A stretch of DNA of 64,000 bases from Macrostomum hystrix. Its lineage: Eukaryota > Animalia > Platyhelminthes. A model generated the notes under the pieces. That model did no database searches. It worked only from the letters and a program-made list of their open reading frames with translations, and was not told the origin of the DNA. Below, piece after piece: positions 10,984 through 22,100 of the stretch. How positions within the stretch are numbered: the first letter of the stretch is position 1; every line of letters starts with the position of its first letter. The stretch lies in the NCBI GenBank assembly GCA_950097015.1, contig CATNEN010000034.1:1-64000 (forward strand). Direction: 5' to 3'. The translations under genes and the position numbers were made by a program.

Positions 10984-12898
10984 CTACATGCAGAGAAAAC
11001 AAAATGTCCAGATCTGATGTTTAGTTACTACTTTCTGAGAATTAATGGACAGCAGCTCGATTGATTTGTTTGACGTGCTGTATACCAAAATGTACTCTTT
11101 GTTCTCGATGCAAACTTTAGTGAAGGAATCTAGCAATACAGCGCGACGCAGTTTTACAATTTCCAGAACATCACCTTGACTATTGAATGTAAAAATATGC
11201 GAGCCTTCAATTAGTATGTAGGCGTTGCCACCAGCATCGGATAGCATTTGAAATCTAGAAAAAATATGATTGAATTCTTTTAACTGCGCAAGTTTTGTGA
11301 CAGCGCGAATATTGGGATCAATCAAACTGACTTCTTTATCGCCCAAATCAGCTAATATGTATCGAGTGCTAATGGCAAATATAGCAGAGCAAGCCAAGGC
11401 GGACAACGGCAAAAATCTTGTCAGTTGAAGATCATTGGTGTAGATGAAAATACCATTGCCTCGCGAATATGTGACCAGCTGTTCTGAGGCTGAACAAAAC
11501 GAACACAAATTCGACGGTTTGGTCTTGACAAACTTAACAAATTCACCACTGGCAGAAATGATCCACAGGCACGCACTATGCGCAACGATAAAATAGCAGC
11601 GAGAAGAAACACCAAAAAAACCTTTTATAACATATGGTCTACAATTAATTACCATAATATTAGAGGCGTGTGGGCCCTTCTCAACAGGAAACTGTATCTT
11701 GTACATCGCACCAAAGATTACATCGCAATAAGGAAACGAAAAAAACTGCATTTCAGCATCAGCGGTGTCGCCATTTGAAACATAAAGACAAGAATCGAAT
11801 CCGAAATCTTACTGACATTGGAGGCACTTTACCATCTGATGGCACGGGGACAGCACGTGAATTACTATCCAACATAAGGTTCGTATTAGTTAAACAAGTC
11901 ACAAATTTCGGTTCAATCAAATGAACTACAGGCCTTGTATCAACAACCGATAGCACGGAGAGACAAGAAACTGTTTTGTCGACCAGGACCTCCATTTTAC
12001 TTCCCAGTCTCTCCAACTCAGTCCGAAAGACGTCGGTACTTTTCTCAGCAGCTGACTTCACCTCATCAGAGACTGTTGCGAATGACGTATCCAGGTGCTC
12101 CAGCTGCCGCAGAGCTCTCCTCGTCTCCTCAACCAGCTGCACAGCACTGCGACCATTCTCAGACTCAGACGCGTCAGACTCAAATCTCGACTGAAACTGC
12201 TCAAGCTTCGCTCGCACCGACTCGAAACTCTCAATGCAGCTCGAGCATCTCTCAATGTCAATCCGAACTGCCTTCGTTGCCAACGTCTCTGCGTCCTCAA
12301 GCAGCTCTCTCAGCCCACCAAACTTGGACTCCACCTCTTGCAGTGTGGCCTCAACACTCTGCTTTTTGTTCGCTGCCTCTACAAGACCTGCTGCTAAACG
12401 GCTTGCTGGCGACAGTGCATCAGCGACTGGCTCTCTCAGTGAGGCGATCTCTGCGGACAGCTTGTCCTGCTCCACCCTGAGATGCTGCTCGCACATGGCT
12501 TGGTTGGAGTAAACGGACACATCCTTCCACTGATTCTGACATCCCTGGGATGAGCACAGCTGTAGTGACGGTACAGCACCTCTATCTTCCTCAGAGTCGT
12601 TTGATTTAAACAGCTTGGATGCAATTTTTACGGTTCTGGCTAACTGCAGTTTGGAAACATCTCGCTTGAGTTGAGAAGAGTCCGCTGGTAATTGCAGTTT
12701 TTGCAGACAAACACGGCAACTGCCTGAGCACTGGTCACTGGCATCTCTGAGTGAGTCCACGCATGTGAGGCAAACCGAGTGCCAGCATGGAAGGAACCTA
12801 GGATCGGATACCATGTGTTGGCACACGGAGCAGGTGAGCAGCTGCTCCACTGAGGGAACGTCCTCGTCTGAACCTGTGTCTTCTGAGGCGGCTGCCAT
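10984..12898 (-). CDS. TRIM-like paralogue copy B, intronless, with two apparent frameshifts near 11770-11830 (pseudogene or sequence error)
   Basis: The 379-aa ORF aligns to the copy A N-terminus. The 255-aa ORF (MQFFSFPYC..., ...SIELLSIN) aligns to the copy A C-terminus (FQLFSFPEC..., ...SIEFVSID). The linker is recovered through an intermediate frame (VSKISDSILVFMFQ). Confidence 0.75.
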
Positions 12899-14337
12899 TT
12901 GTCTGAAAATTAAATTTTTCGAAAGGCAGTCAGGAAAGTGTATTCACCGAAATTCGAAACTTAAGTGCATTTAGCCTAGATGGGTGAATTTATGCCCTAA
13001 AAACTGCACAACTATTTGAAAAATACTAATAATAGTATAATTTTACCATTACACATCATGTTAGAGTACAACTACCAACAAAAACCTAAAATTTCTGCAA
13101 ACTGTTAACGCTCTATTAATTATACTTCCTGTAAAAAGAGTGATAAAAGGCAAGTAAAAACTGAAATACGTTTAAACAAAAGCTTAAAAAATTGACGACC
13201 TCACTTAGCTTTTATATTTGAGCAGAAAAGGCAAATAAGCTTAACGAAAAGAACTTTGGTAGCCAAAAATAGGTACTCATAGCTTGGCCATGAAAATCAA
13301 ATGCTGAAGTATATTTTGCCAAGAGTAAACATACAATCACATGGCCACTGCTGATATATAAAGAAGTAGTGGCAGCACTAACAATGAAATGTCCTTTCTT
13401 TTACATCACATTATAATACTTTTATGAAAGAAAGAACGCATTTTAATGGCTAGTCTAGAAGTAGATGCTAATCGAATGTTTCAGAAATACGGAATAGCTG
13501 AAACATTCCCTGACTATTCACCAAACATACATCAAACAAACCCAATGAGCTCCTATGCCAGTTGTTGTTTTGTGGTGTCCTTTTTAAGTTGAGTACCTCG
13601 CTTCGAATTTCTTACTTGAACACCTTAATGAATCTACACACAATAGACAAACAGAATGTGTGCATGTAAGGAACCTTGGATCGGAAACAATGCTCTGACA
13701 CACAGACTCACAGAGAAAGTGAGCAGCGCTTCGACTGAGGATTAAAATTCGTTATCTTCGGTTCCATGGGCCGTAGCCATTGCTTATGTTAGCTGAAATT
13801 CGAAATCAGAAATGTACCAGATGTGCTTTCATTTTACAGGTGAAGTTTATCTATCAAAGTAGCTAGTGGCCAAGTGGTTCAAGCTCAGAACTTCTAAGAC
13901 GCTTTGAACTTTGAGCCAATAAATGAAACAAACCAAGTGCTACACCAAGACATGGTGACAATACTTAATATGATATAAGGGCTGTCTGATTAAAAAGCAG
14001 GTGCTTTTAAGAAAATGCCTTATGATTAGGTTTGGCCAGGACTGGCATCAAGGTTTTGTTACAGGTAGACTTGCTATTTCTAAAAGTCAAATCAATAATT
14101 GCTGGTTACAGATTTTAGACACAACTGCAAAGGTAAAGACTGTCTATGAGCTATGAGCAGGTAGAAAACATTTTCCCATTTTACCCTTTATGAAGGCTTA
14201 AAAACTCAATCTTTCTATGGACAAAGAGGGTTACTCAAATTTCTTCCTCAATTAATATTGGCATATAAAATTTAAAGCTTATTGTCAATGAAATGAATCA
14301 ATAGGGAATCCAGGTACTTTGTTGAATGACATGCAGA

Positions 14338-14647
14338 GGTTGTAGCCTAGTGGTTAGGGCGTCGGACTCACGACTTGAAGGTCGGGGGTTCGATTCCCGA
14401 CTCCACTGGAACAATTTGCATCCTTTAGCAAGACACTTAACTCTGCATTGCTTCAGTTCACCCAGCTGTTAAATGGGTACCAGCATCAGCTGGGATAATT
14501 GAAGGTGGGTGTGGCGTCCCCCCAGTCCGAGGACTGAACAGCTGTACACAGCCTTCAGATGCGCCGCGCATTAGCTGCGGCTGTGCTGTCGGCTGCACAT
14601 CTGACCCAATTGGGGCAGGTGTAATCAATTATTATTATTATTATTAT
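14338..14647 (+). mobile_element. tRNA-derived CORE-type SINE with (ATT)n tail
   Basis: A box TAGCCTAGTGG, B box GGTTCGATTCC, and CCTTTAGCAAGACACTTAACTCTGCATTGCTTCAGTTCACCCAGCTGTTAAATGGG resembling the MIR/CORE block; ATT tail. Confidence 0.85.
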
Positions 14648-16460
14648 CAATGACATGAGTTTTTTTCTTCATTATAAAATTCTAACTCCTTAGCTCTGAT
14701 TGAGAAATGTGAATTGACAACCACAAGGCCATAAGCTTTACTAAAAACTTCCCCTATCCTTTATCCACTACATAAAAATTATCTTTCTAGGATGGATTTC
14801 AGAGTAGAGAATAGCAAATATTTTTATAATTCCAATTTTCTAAAATTTGGATTCTTTAAACTTTAATTTAGATAGGTAAAATATTTAAATTAACCTTTTG
14901 GATTTCATTTTCCCAAAATTTTGTATTATCCAAGTAGTTGTAAAGCTAAGTATGTTCGATTGGATGTTGGAGTATTATTATCAGTAGGTATGAAATTTGA
15001 TTTTGTTAGAGTGTAATACACCTCATTGCATGTTAGAAGATGTTAGTGATGCAAATGAGATGTCAATGTAAATAAAATATTGCTAACAGTTGTATTTTAA
15101 AACTTATTAACCAGACAGTTTTATTTATCTGTTACTTCTTTTGGTTTTGGATTAACTTGCTATGTGAGGCTTGCCTAAACAGAACTATACCTTTCTGTGT
15201 CTCTAAAAGTTCTTGGTCTAAGCAGAATTGAATATATGGTGGTCCCATGTTGACTTAGCATATTTTTCTGTAGCAGTGCTAAAGCTATTGAATTTAAGAA
15301 CCAATAATTGAGGCAAGCTATTGATTTAAAAAGCCATATAGTATTTGCTTTCAGGCAAGTAAACTCTTGGCTCTTTATTTGTGTTGAACTCTTCATTGTT
15401 CCTCTATCTATTAGGGTAATGTATCATCAACTGAACAGTGTATCTTCAAAACCGAACAGGAATTTTGACTCTTTCCTTGGTCTTGTGCAAGACAGAAACA
15501 AGCTATTGTGTTTCACAGAACAACTAACTTGAAAGTTGAAAAAATTATCTACAAGCTGAGGCATGACATGCAATGAAGCATTTAGAGGAAGGAAAGATAT
15601 GGATGTTTCAGTAGAAATTTTTATTGCAAAAGCATACTTTTAACAACATATTTTCAGCATATACTTTAGACTAAGATTGTATGCAGTTGCTTTCCAATTA
15701 AATTACCATAAATGTAGTTATTTATAGAGTCTGAAAAATGCTTTCAAATGACACAATTTTTGATAGATCACTCTTTAAAATAAGATTGAACAACTCACTC
15801 AAATTGTAAAACGGAACATCAAATTCTCTGTTCGGTTTGAAGATACATGCAAATCATTGTTCGGTTTTAGATGAAAAACACAAATAACTTTGTTCTATCT
15901 GACAAAATTGCAAAAGCAGATACTTTTTAGAAAGATATAATTTGTAATTAAATACAATTTATCATTTATTTATAAGTAATATAGTTTATAATTCTATAAC
16001 TTGGCTTTTGATTTATCATCATATCTTAAATAGAAAATCTGTAGCTTAGGTTTGAAGTTAAAAAAATACACATTCTTGTTTGGTTGATGATACATTACCC
16101 TATAGATTCAGCAAATGACATAGAAATAAAGGTAAAATCATTGATTCACACAAATTATGCTCACAAACCAACCTAATCTTAATGTAAATTTTATAGTGTA
16201 CAACAATCCCCTCCATTCAGAGCTATAATTATTCTTCACTAGTCTTAATCATAGGCATAGGCCAACTTAAACATTTGCAAGCCTTTTGCATGTTGGCTTG
16301 GTTGTTTGGAGACTAGAAAAAAATCCTTAGCCCAAAGCTTTCTTTTTCTGATAGGGGATGAGTATGGAATACAGTTTGTAAAATCAGTTGCCAGACATTA
16401 ATGTTAAAGGGTTGCAAAAAGGCTTGGGTCAGATAGTGAGGCCTTGTGGGTCAGACTTGT

Positions 16461-17257
16461 CCCATGGGCCATAGTCAAGAAGGTGGCATGTGTATGCCGG
16501 AATGAAATTCAGGCAGGGCTACCTATGTACGCCAAATGTAACCATATGTACACCGAATATACCGTAATGCACCCATGCATGCTGATTAGTTAATTGTTTA
16601 TCAGCTTATTAGGACACTGAATGGATACCGATGAATGGACATCGCGAGTCCTAAGTGTGGCGTCGGTTGATAACTTTGCTGACGTACTTGTCAGCACCTC
16701 AACCTCTAGAGCCATTTGAATTCAGAATTTTGAGTTTGCAGCAACAGAGAAAGCCAGCAAAGCCAAAGGTGGTAATTAATACAATTTAGCAGATTCAGAC
16801 ATTCATTCTGCTTCTAACATTGTCAATGTCACGATGTGTATCCGTGTATAGTGTATTATAATAAAGTAAAAACCTTCCATTGCATCAAATATTCAACAAG
16901 TTTGGTTGTTGTACTATACCAACAAGTTTAGTCTTTTTTAATTTGTTTAACTGAAGATGTTAAAATTACCATTTTAAACTATTTTATGTCATTTTAACTT
17001 ATTTTAACTCATTCTTAGCAACTCAAACACACCCAAAGATTACTGTAAAGTTTTGGCAGAGATTGGAATAAGAATATACGGTAACCATAATAGAGAATTA
17101 GCACTGCCTCATATGCCAACCTTATATCCCATATCATGCCACATGTACGCCAACTGTTGCAAGGCAGACCAAATGTACGCCGAATATCTTTAGCTATGCC
17201 TTATGCACGCCGGAATTTTCGACGAAAAAGGCCACCTTCCTGACTATGGCCCATGGG
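16461..17257. mobile_element. Putative non-autonomous DNA transposon with 27-bp TIRs and subterminal ATGTACGCC repeats
   Basis: cccatgggccatagtcaagaaggtggc (16461-16487) versus its inverted copy at 17231-17257 with 1 mismatch. No TSD identified. Confidence 0.55.
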
Positions 17258-18537
17258 GCATGGGCTAGAGTTTGCTGGCCTCTGGTTTATAGGAATGGTT
17301 ATAAGATCTGTAAAATATATAAACTAGGCCAATCATTTAACAGTGCCTTACAATTATGAATGATAAATGCAAAAATGCTTATAATAGGCCTTCTCTACTT
17401 GTTAAAATTGGTTTAAAGTATTTTGTATGTCCATTATATATCTATGCACTATGATTTCAGTTTAATGGCACAGACCATATAGACATAAATTTGAGAAAAC
17501 TAAACTAAAAGTAATGTTTTTGCTATTTAGAAGCTAGAGTGTTTGTTAGGGTTAGAATTAATTAGATTGGCAATAAAAAAACAATTTGTTTCACAGGTTC
17601 TCATGATACAGCAAACTGGCATAAGCTTTTTGTACAGTCTAGTTCCTTTAGAAAAATTAAGTCGTTATGGGAAGCAAATCAGCAATTGCATTAACTTGCA
17701 AGAAGACAATATTTAGCTCTCTAGAAGGTCGCTTCTTGCATCTGCTCGTACCTAGATAGTTTTAAGCTAATTTAAGCTAAGTAAGTGTGCTAACTTCAAA
17801 TCGAAAACGAAAACTGTTGTATATAGATAATTTATTTTGTTTTATGCAATTATAGTTTAAAAGCAGAATAAATAATCCGTTTTATATTACTACTACATAT
17901 TTTTTTGTCTAAAAAAATTTGAAGCGTTTTTACTTTGTTTAAGTTAACATAAGATTCAAAAGTCATATTTGCTTCTCGCGATCCCAAATCTTACATGCAG
18001 AGATCTGATGAACGGCAGACTACTTTTCGGTATTTATTAGCTCATAACTGAGTAGGAGGGAACTATTTTCGAAAACATATTTGACTTTCGATGAAAAAGT
18101 TGGACAAGAATTTGTTTTTATTATAAACAGTCGATCAAATGAAATAATAAAAACAAAAATAACTCAAATTAGATGCACCTGGTCCATAAAAAAATGATTG
18201 CAAAAAATAAGTGCAATAATCTTTAACTAGAATATGTTCCTTGGTCACGTCAAAAAATCGAACGCTAATCACCAAACAAAAAAGCTATAATTCTGTATAT
18301 TATCGAATAAGTAATAAGCTGGTACAATTTTCATCGAAGCATAATAAATTATAGTTCTTAGGTAATGATAAAGACTGGGATTGCCGGTACATTTGTTATT
18401 GCACCCCATGACCGTTTCCTCTCCCTTAGATGCCGACACCATGAATTTTTTTATAAATTTCTCTTAATGAACCTCAAAAAGCGCCTAAAAACTTCGAGTT
18501 CGCATACGGGTGTGTGTGAGAACTGCTCAATGCGAAT

Positions 18538-18783
18538 TCACGCCTGGTCCAAGTCGATTCGCCGTTTCAGCACAGCCAGTGCCTCCTTTGGCGTCAGCGA
18601 GGCCACGCCCTGGTCCAGCAGCATCCGCAGCGGATCCTCGCCGTCGCGCGGCGGTCCGGCCAGCGCCTGGCGCAGCAGCGCCGCCGTACCCCGAGCCAGG
18701 CCAAGCAGGCAGCAGGCCTGGGCGCTCTCGGCCAATAGGCGATCTGGCCGGCCGCAGTACTGGGCAAATACCGGCATGAACAC
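18538..18783 (-). CDS. RINT1: RINT1/Tip20 exon 7 (last)
   Basis: VFMPVFAQYCGRPDRLLAESAQACCLLGL matches the RINT1 C-terminus (LFPLFSHYCKRPE..EACIVLNL). Acceptor ctgcag at 18784-18785. Confidence 0.85.
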   Translation of the reverse strand: MFMPVFAQYCGRPDRLLAESAQACCLLGLARGTAALLRQALAGPPRDGEDPLRMLLDQGVASLTPKEALAVLKRRIDLDQA

Positions 18784-18865
18784 CTGCAGTGATTATTTAT
18801 AAGGACTTGCTCAATGCTTTAAGAATCATTTGTACACTGAAAGATACATGTAGATGTATACATGC

Positions 18866-19016
18866 TGTGACATTCTGTCTAAGACAGATGTAAGTTATCT
18901 GAGGCTACTGAGAGCCAGAGTGCAGAAATCTGCCCGCGCGCGGTGCGCACATTGTCTATTTATAGCCATTGGCCAAAACGGGGTGGTACAAATATATTAC
19001 GTAGGAAAGCCTCACA
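18866..19016 (-). repeat. 3' LTR (151 bp) with CCAAT and TATAAATA; polypurine tract GGTGGAGGG immediately internal (19017-19025)
   Basis: Direct repeat of 23481-23631. Confidence 0.95.
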
Positions 19017-19168
19017 CCCTCCACCAAAAGTTCGAAAATCGCTCCAAATCAAACGGCATGAAAACACACAGACCAAAATTTAACTGTACGCTAGAAAAAA
19101 ACACTTCAAACAATTAACCAACATGAGCGAATTGAAAGTCATTGTCACTGTTTGTCATTCAAGATCAA

Positions 19169-22100
19169 TCACTTGGTCGGACTCCAAAGCCGACTCAGGC
19201 CATCCGCGGCGCCGTTGCTCTCGCCCGGCTGGTACTGGATCGCATAGTCGAAGCCCGACAGGTAGTGGGCCCATCGCTGCAGCCGCGGGTTGGCGTGGTC
19301 CAGTTGCAGGTACTGCAGCGGCTTGTGGTCCGACCGGATGATGAAGTGGCGCCCAAGCAGATAGTGCCGCAGTTTCTCGACCGCCCAGCGCACGGCGAGG
19401 CACTCCTTCTCGATGGTCGCGTAACCTTGCTCCGCCGCCGTCAGCCGCCGAGACACGAAGAGCACCGGGTGAATGCCGTCCTCAAACTCCTGCGTCAGCA
19501 CCGCTCCGAGGCCGGTCTCCGAGCTGTCCGTCTCCAGGATGAAAGGCCGGCCGTAGTCCGGGGCGCGCAGCACCGGCTCGCTTGTCATCAGTGCCTTGGC
19601 CACCTCGAATGCTCGCGTGTGCTTCTCGCCCCAGGCCGCCGTCAGGTCCTCGGGCGTCGTTCTCCTGGTGAGCTCCGTCAGTGCCGCCACCTGGTCCGCG
19701 TAGTTCGGGATGAACCGGCGATAGTGGTTGAGCACGCCGAGCACCGATCGCAGCTGAGTCTTGGTTCGGGGTTGCTCAAGCGCCTTGATTGCCCGTACTC
19801 GGTCCTCGCTGGTGCTGATCTCGTCGTTTCCCAGCTTAAATCCGAGGTAGTCCGTCGAGGTGCCGCCTAGAAAGCATTTGCGTGGCTGGACAGTTAGCCC
19901 AGCTGCTTTCAGCCGATTGAAAACTCGCCGTAGATCTTGCAGGTGCTGCTCGAACGTCTCGCTAAACACGGCGATGTCGTCGATGTAGGACTCCGCACTG
20001 TCGATTCCGAGAAGCACCTTGTCCATCAGCCTCTGGTAGGTGGCGCTACTGCAGTTCAGTCCCATAGGCAGCACAGTGAACTGATACAGCTTGCCATTGG
20101 CCGCGAATGCTGTCAGCCGCTTGGAGTTTTCGGCCAGCGGGATCTGCCAGTAGCCCTTGCAGCAGTCGAGCTTGGATATGAACTTAGCCTTCGCGACGCT
20201 CTCCAGCAGGTCCTCGATGTTCTTCATCGGGTAGGAGTCGAAAGCCACCAGCTCATTGAGCGCCTTGAAGTTGACGGTGAACCGAACTGAGCCGTCCTTC
20301 TTGGCTACCAGACACACCGGGGAGCAGTAGTCGCTGTCGGACGGTTCGATGACACCCAGGTCCAGCATACGCTGAACCTCGTCCTGCAGAACTTGCCGGT
20401 ATGCCTGCGGCTCCCGCCGCGGCCGGATGCGCACCACCTGGTTAGACGTTGTTCGAATTCGATGCTCCATCAGGCTCGTCCTGCCGGGGGTCTCGCTGAA
20501 GACATCTTTGAAGTCGCAAACCAGACTGTCTAGGAGCCGCTTCTGCCCGAAGTTCAGAGTGTCGGCCAGCTCCGGCAGGCCTGACTTCCTTTGTGCTGAG
20601 TCGATCTGGTCTGCCTTCCGAGTCGTTGCCAACAAGATTGACTCTCGCGAGTTATACTTCTTCAGCAGGTTGATGTGAAACACATTCGTATTCTTGCCGA
20701 TTCTAATCCGATAGTTCACGTCGTTGCACTTCTCCAGGACCTCATAGGGGCCTCGCCATTCAGCATGCAGCTTCGTGGATGACGACGGCAGCAGCAGCAG
20801 CACTTGATCACCCGGCGCCAGCTCCCTCTCGCGAGACCTCCGGTCATACCAGTGCTTCCACCGCTTTCTTTCCAGCTCCTCGTTACTTCTTGACGCCTCC
20901 AGCCCTGCCTGCAGCCGGTCTCGTTGGGCCAGGACAAAGGTGATGATGTCCTTCTTCTCCGCGGTCAGCTTCTCGTCCCACGTCTGTCGCAGCAGATCCA
21001 GGGGTCCTCGGACAGTCCGGCCGTAGAGCAGTTCGAATGGTGAAAACCCAGTAGTCTCATTCGGAACCTCCCTGATAGCAAATAACAGGTATGGCAGGTA
21101 GAGGTCCCACTTCTTTTTTTCGCGGGCTGGTAGCCTTCGGAGCATAGTCTTGAGTGTGCCGTGAAATCGTTCCACAAGCGCCTGGCTTTGCGGGTGGTAC
21201 GGCGTTGACTGAATGCCTTCAACTCCAGTGCATTGGTACAAGGCCTGCAGCAACGCTGACGAGAAGTTCGTGCCCTTGTCGCTTTGGATCTCCTTTGGGA
21301 AGCCAGTTCTTGAGAAGCAGTCGATCAGCGCCTTGGCCACCGTTTCGGCGTCGATATTCCGCAGCGGAAAGCCCTCCGGGAACCGGGTCGCTGCATCGAT
21401 CACGGATAAAATGTACTTGTGGCCGCTTGAGGACTTCGGATACGGTCCGCTGATGTCAATGATCACCTTGCTGAAGGCTTCTTCTACTCCTGGTACTTGC
21501 ACGAGCGGTACTTTTTGAGTGCAACCGATCCGAGCAGTCTTCTGACATTTGTCGCAAGTAGTCACGAAGTCCTTGACGTCTTTGGCCACGGTAGGCCACC
21601 AGAATCGTTGCAGCAACCGCTGGCTCGTCTTCTTGACACCCAAATGTCCTGCGAAGGCACTCTCGTGAGCCTGAGTCAGCGCCGTCAGCCTGAGAGACTT
21701 TGGTAGCACTAGTTGGTCTTCGCCTGCTGCTTGGGTCCGGTAAAGCCGACCGTTAACCTTTATGATGGCATCGTTGTCGCGCAACTTCTCCAGCATTTCT
21801 CCGTCCTCCTGGAGTGCCGCCTCGTAGTCCCAAGCCATTTGGCCGATATTGGGTTCCAGTTTCTCTCTGTACTCTTGCCGTTGTTTACGCGCTTGGGCTC
21901 TGGTCAGTCTAGGCCTTTGTGTACTGGGGGGCTCCGGATCGATCTGGACTAGGCCGCTAGCCATAATGCCTTCGTCCGCGAGCGCTCTGTCCCCCTCGGA
22001 CTGGCGTATGGGGCAGACAGGAGCGCCCACCACCCCTTTCTCCTGATTGGCCGGAGGGTGCGGGTCTGCAGCCTGGGTCTCGTATGCAGTCTGGGCAGCG

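Noticed and set aside
14338-14410. Possible tRNA gene
   Set aside because: A and B boxes are present, but it continues into a CORE block and ATT tail and has a second dispersed copy, so it is a SINE head.
17985-18060. Short resemblance to the 3' end of TRIM copy B (tacatgcagag..agatctgatg)
   Set aside because: The match is too short, no ORF continues, and it lies in the AT-rich region downstream of RINT1.
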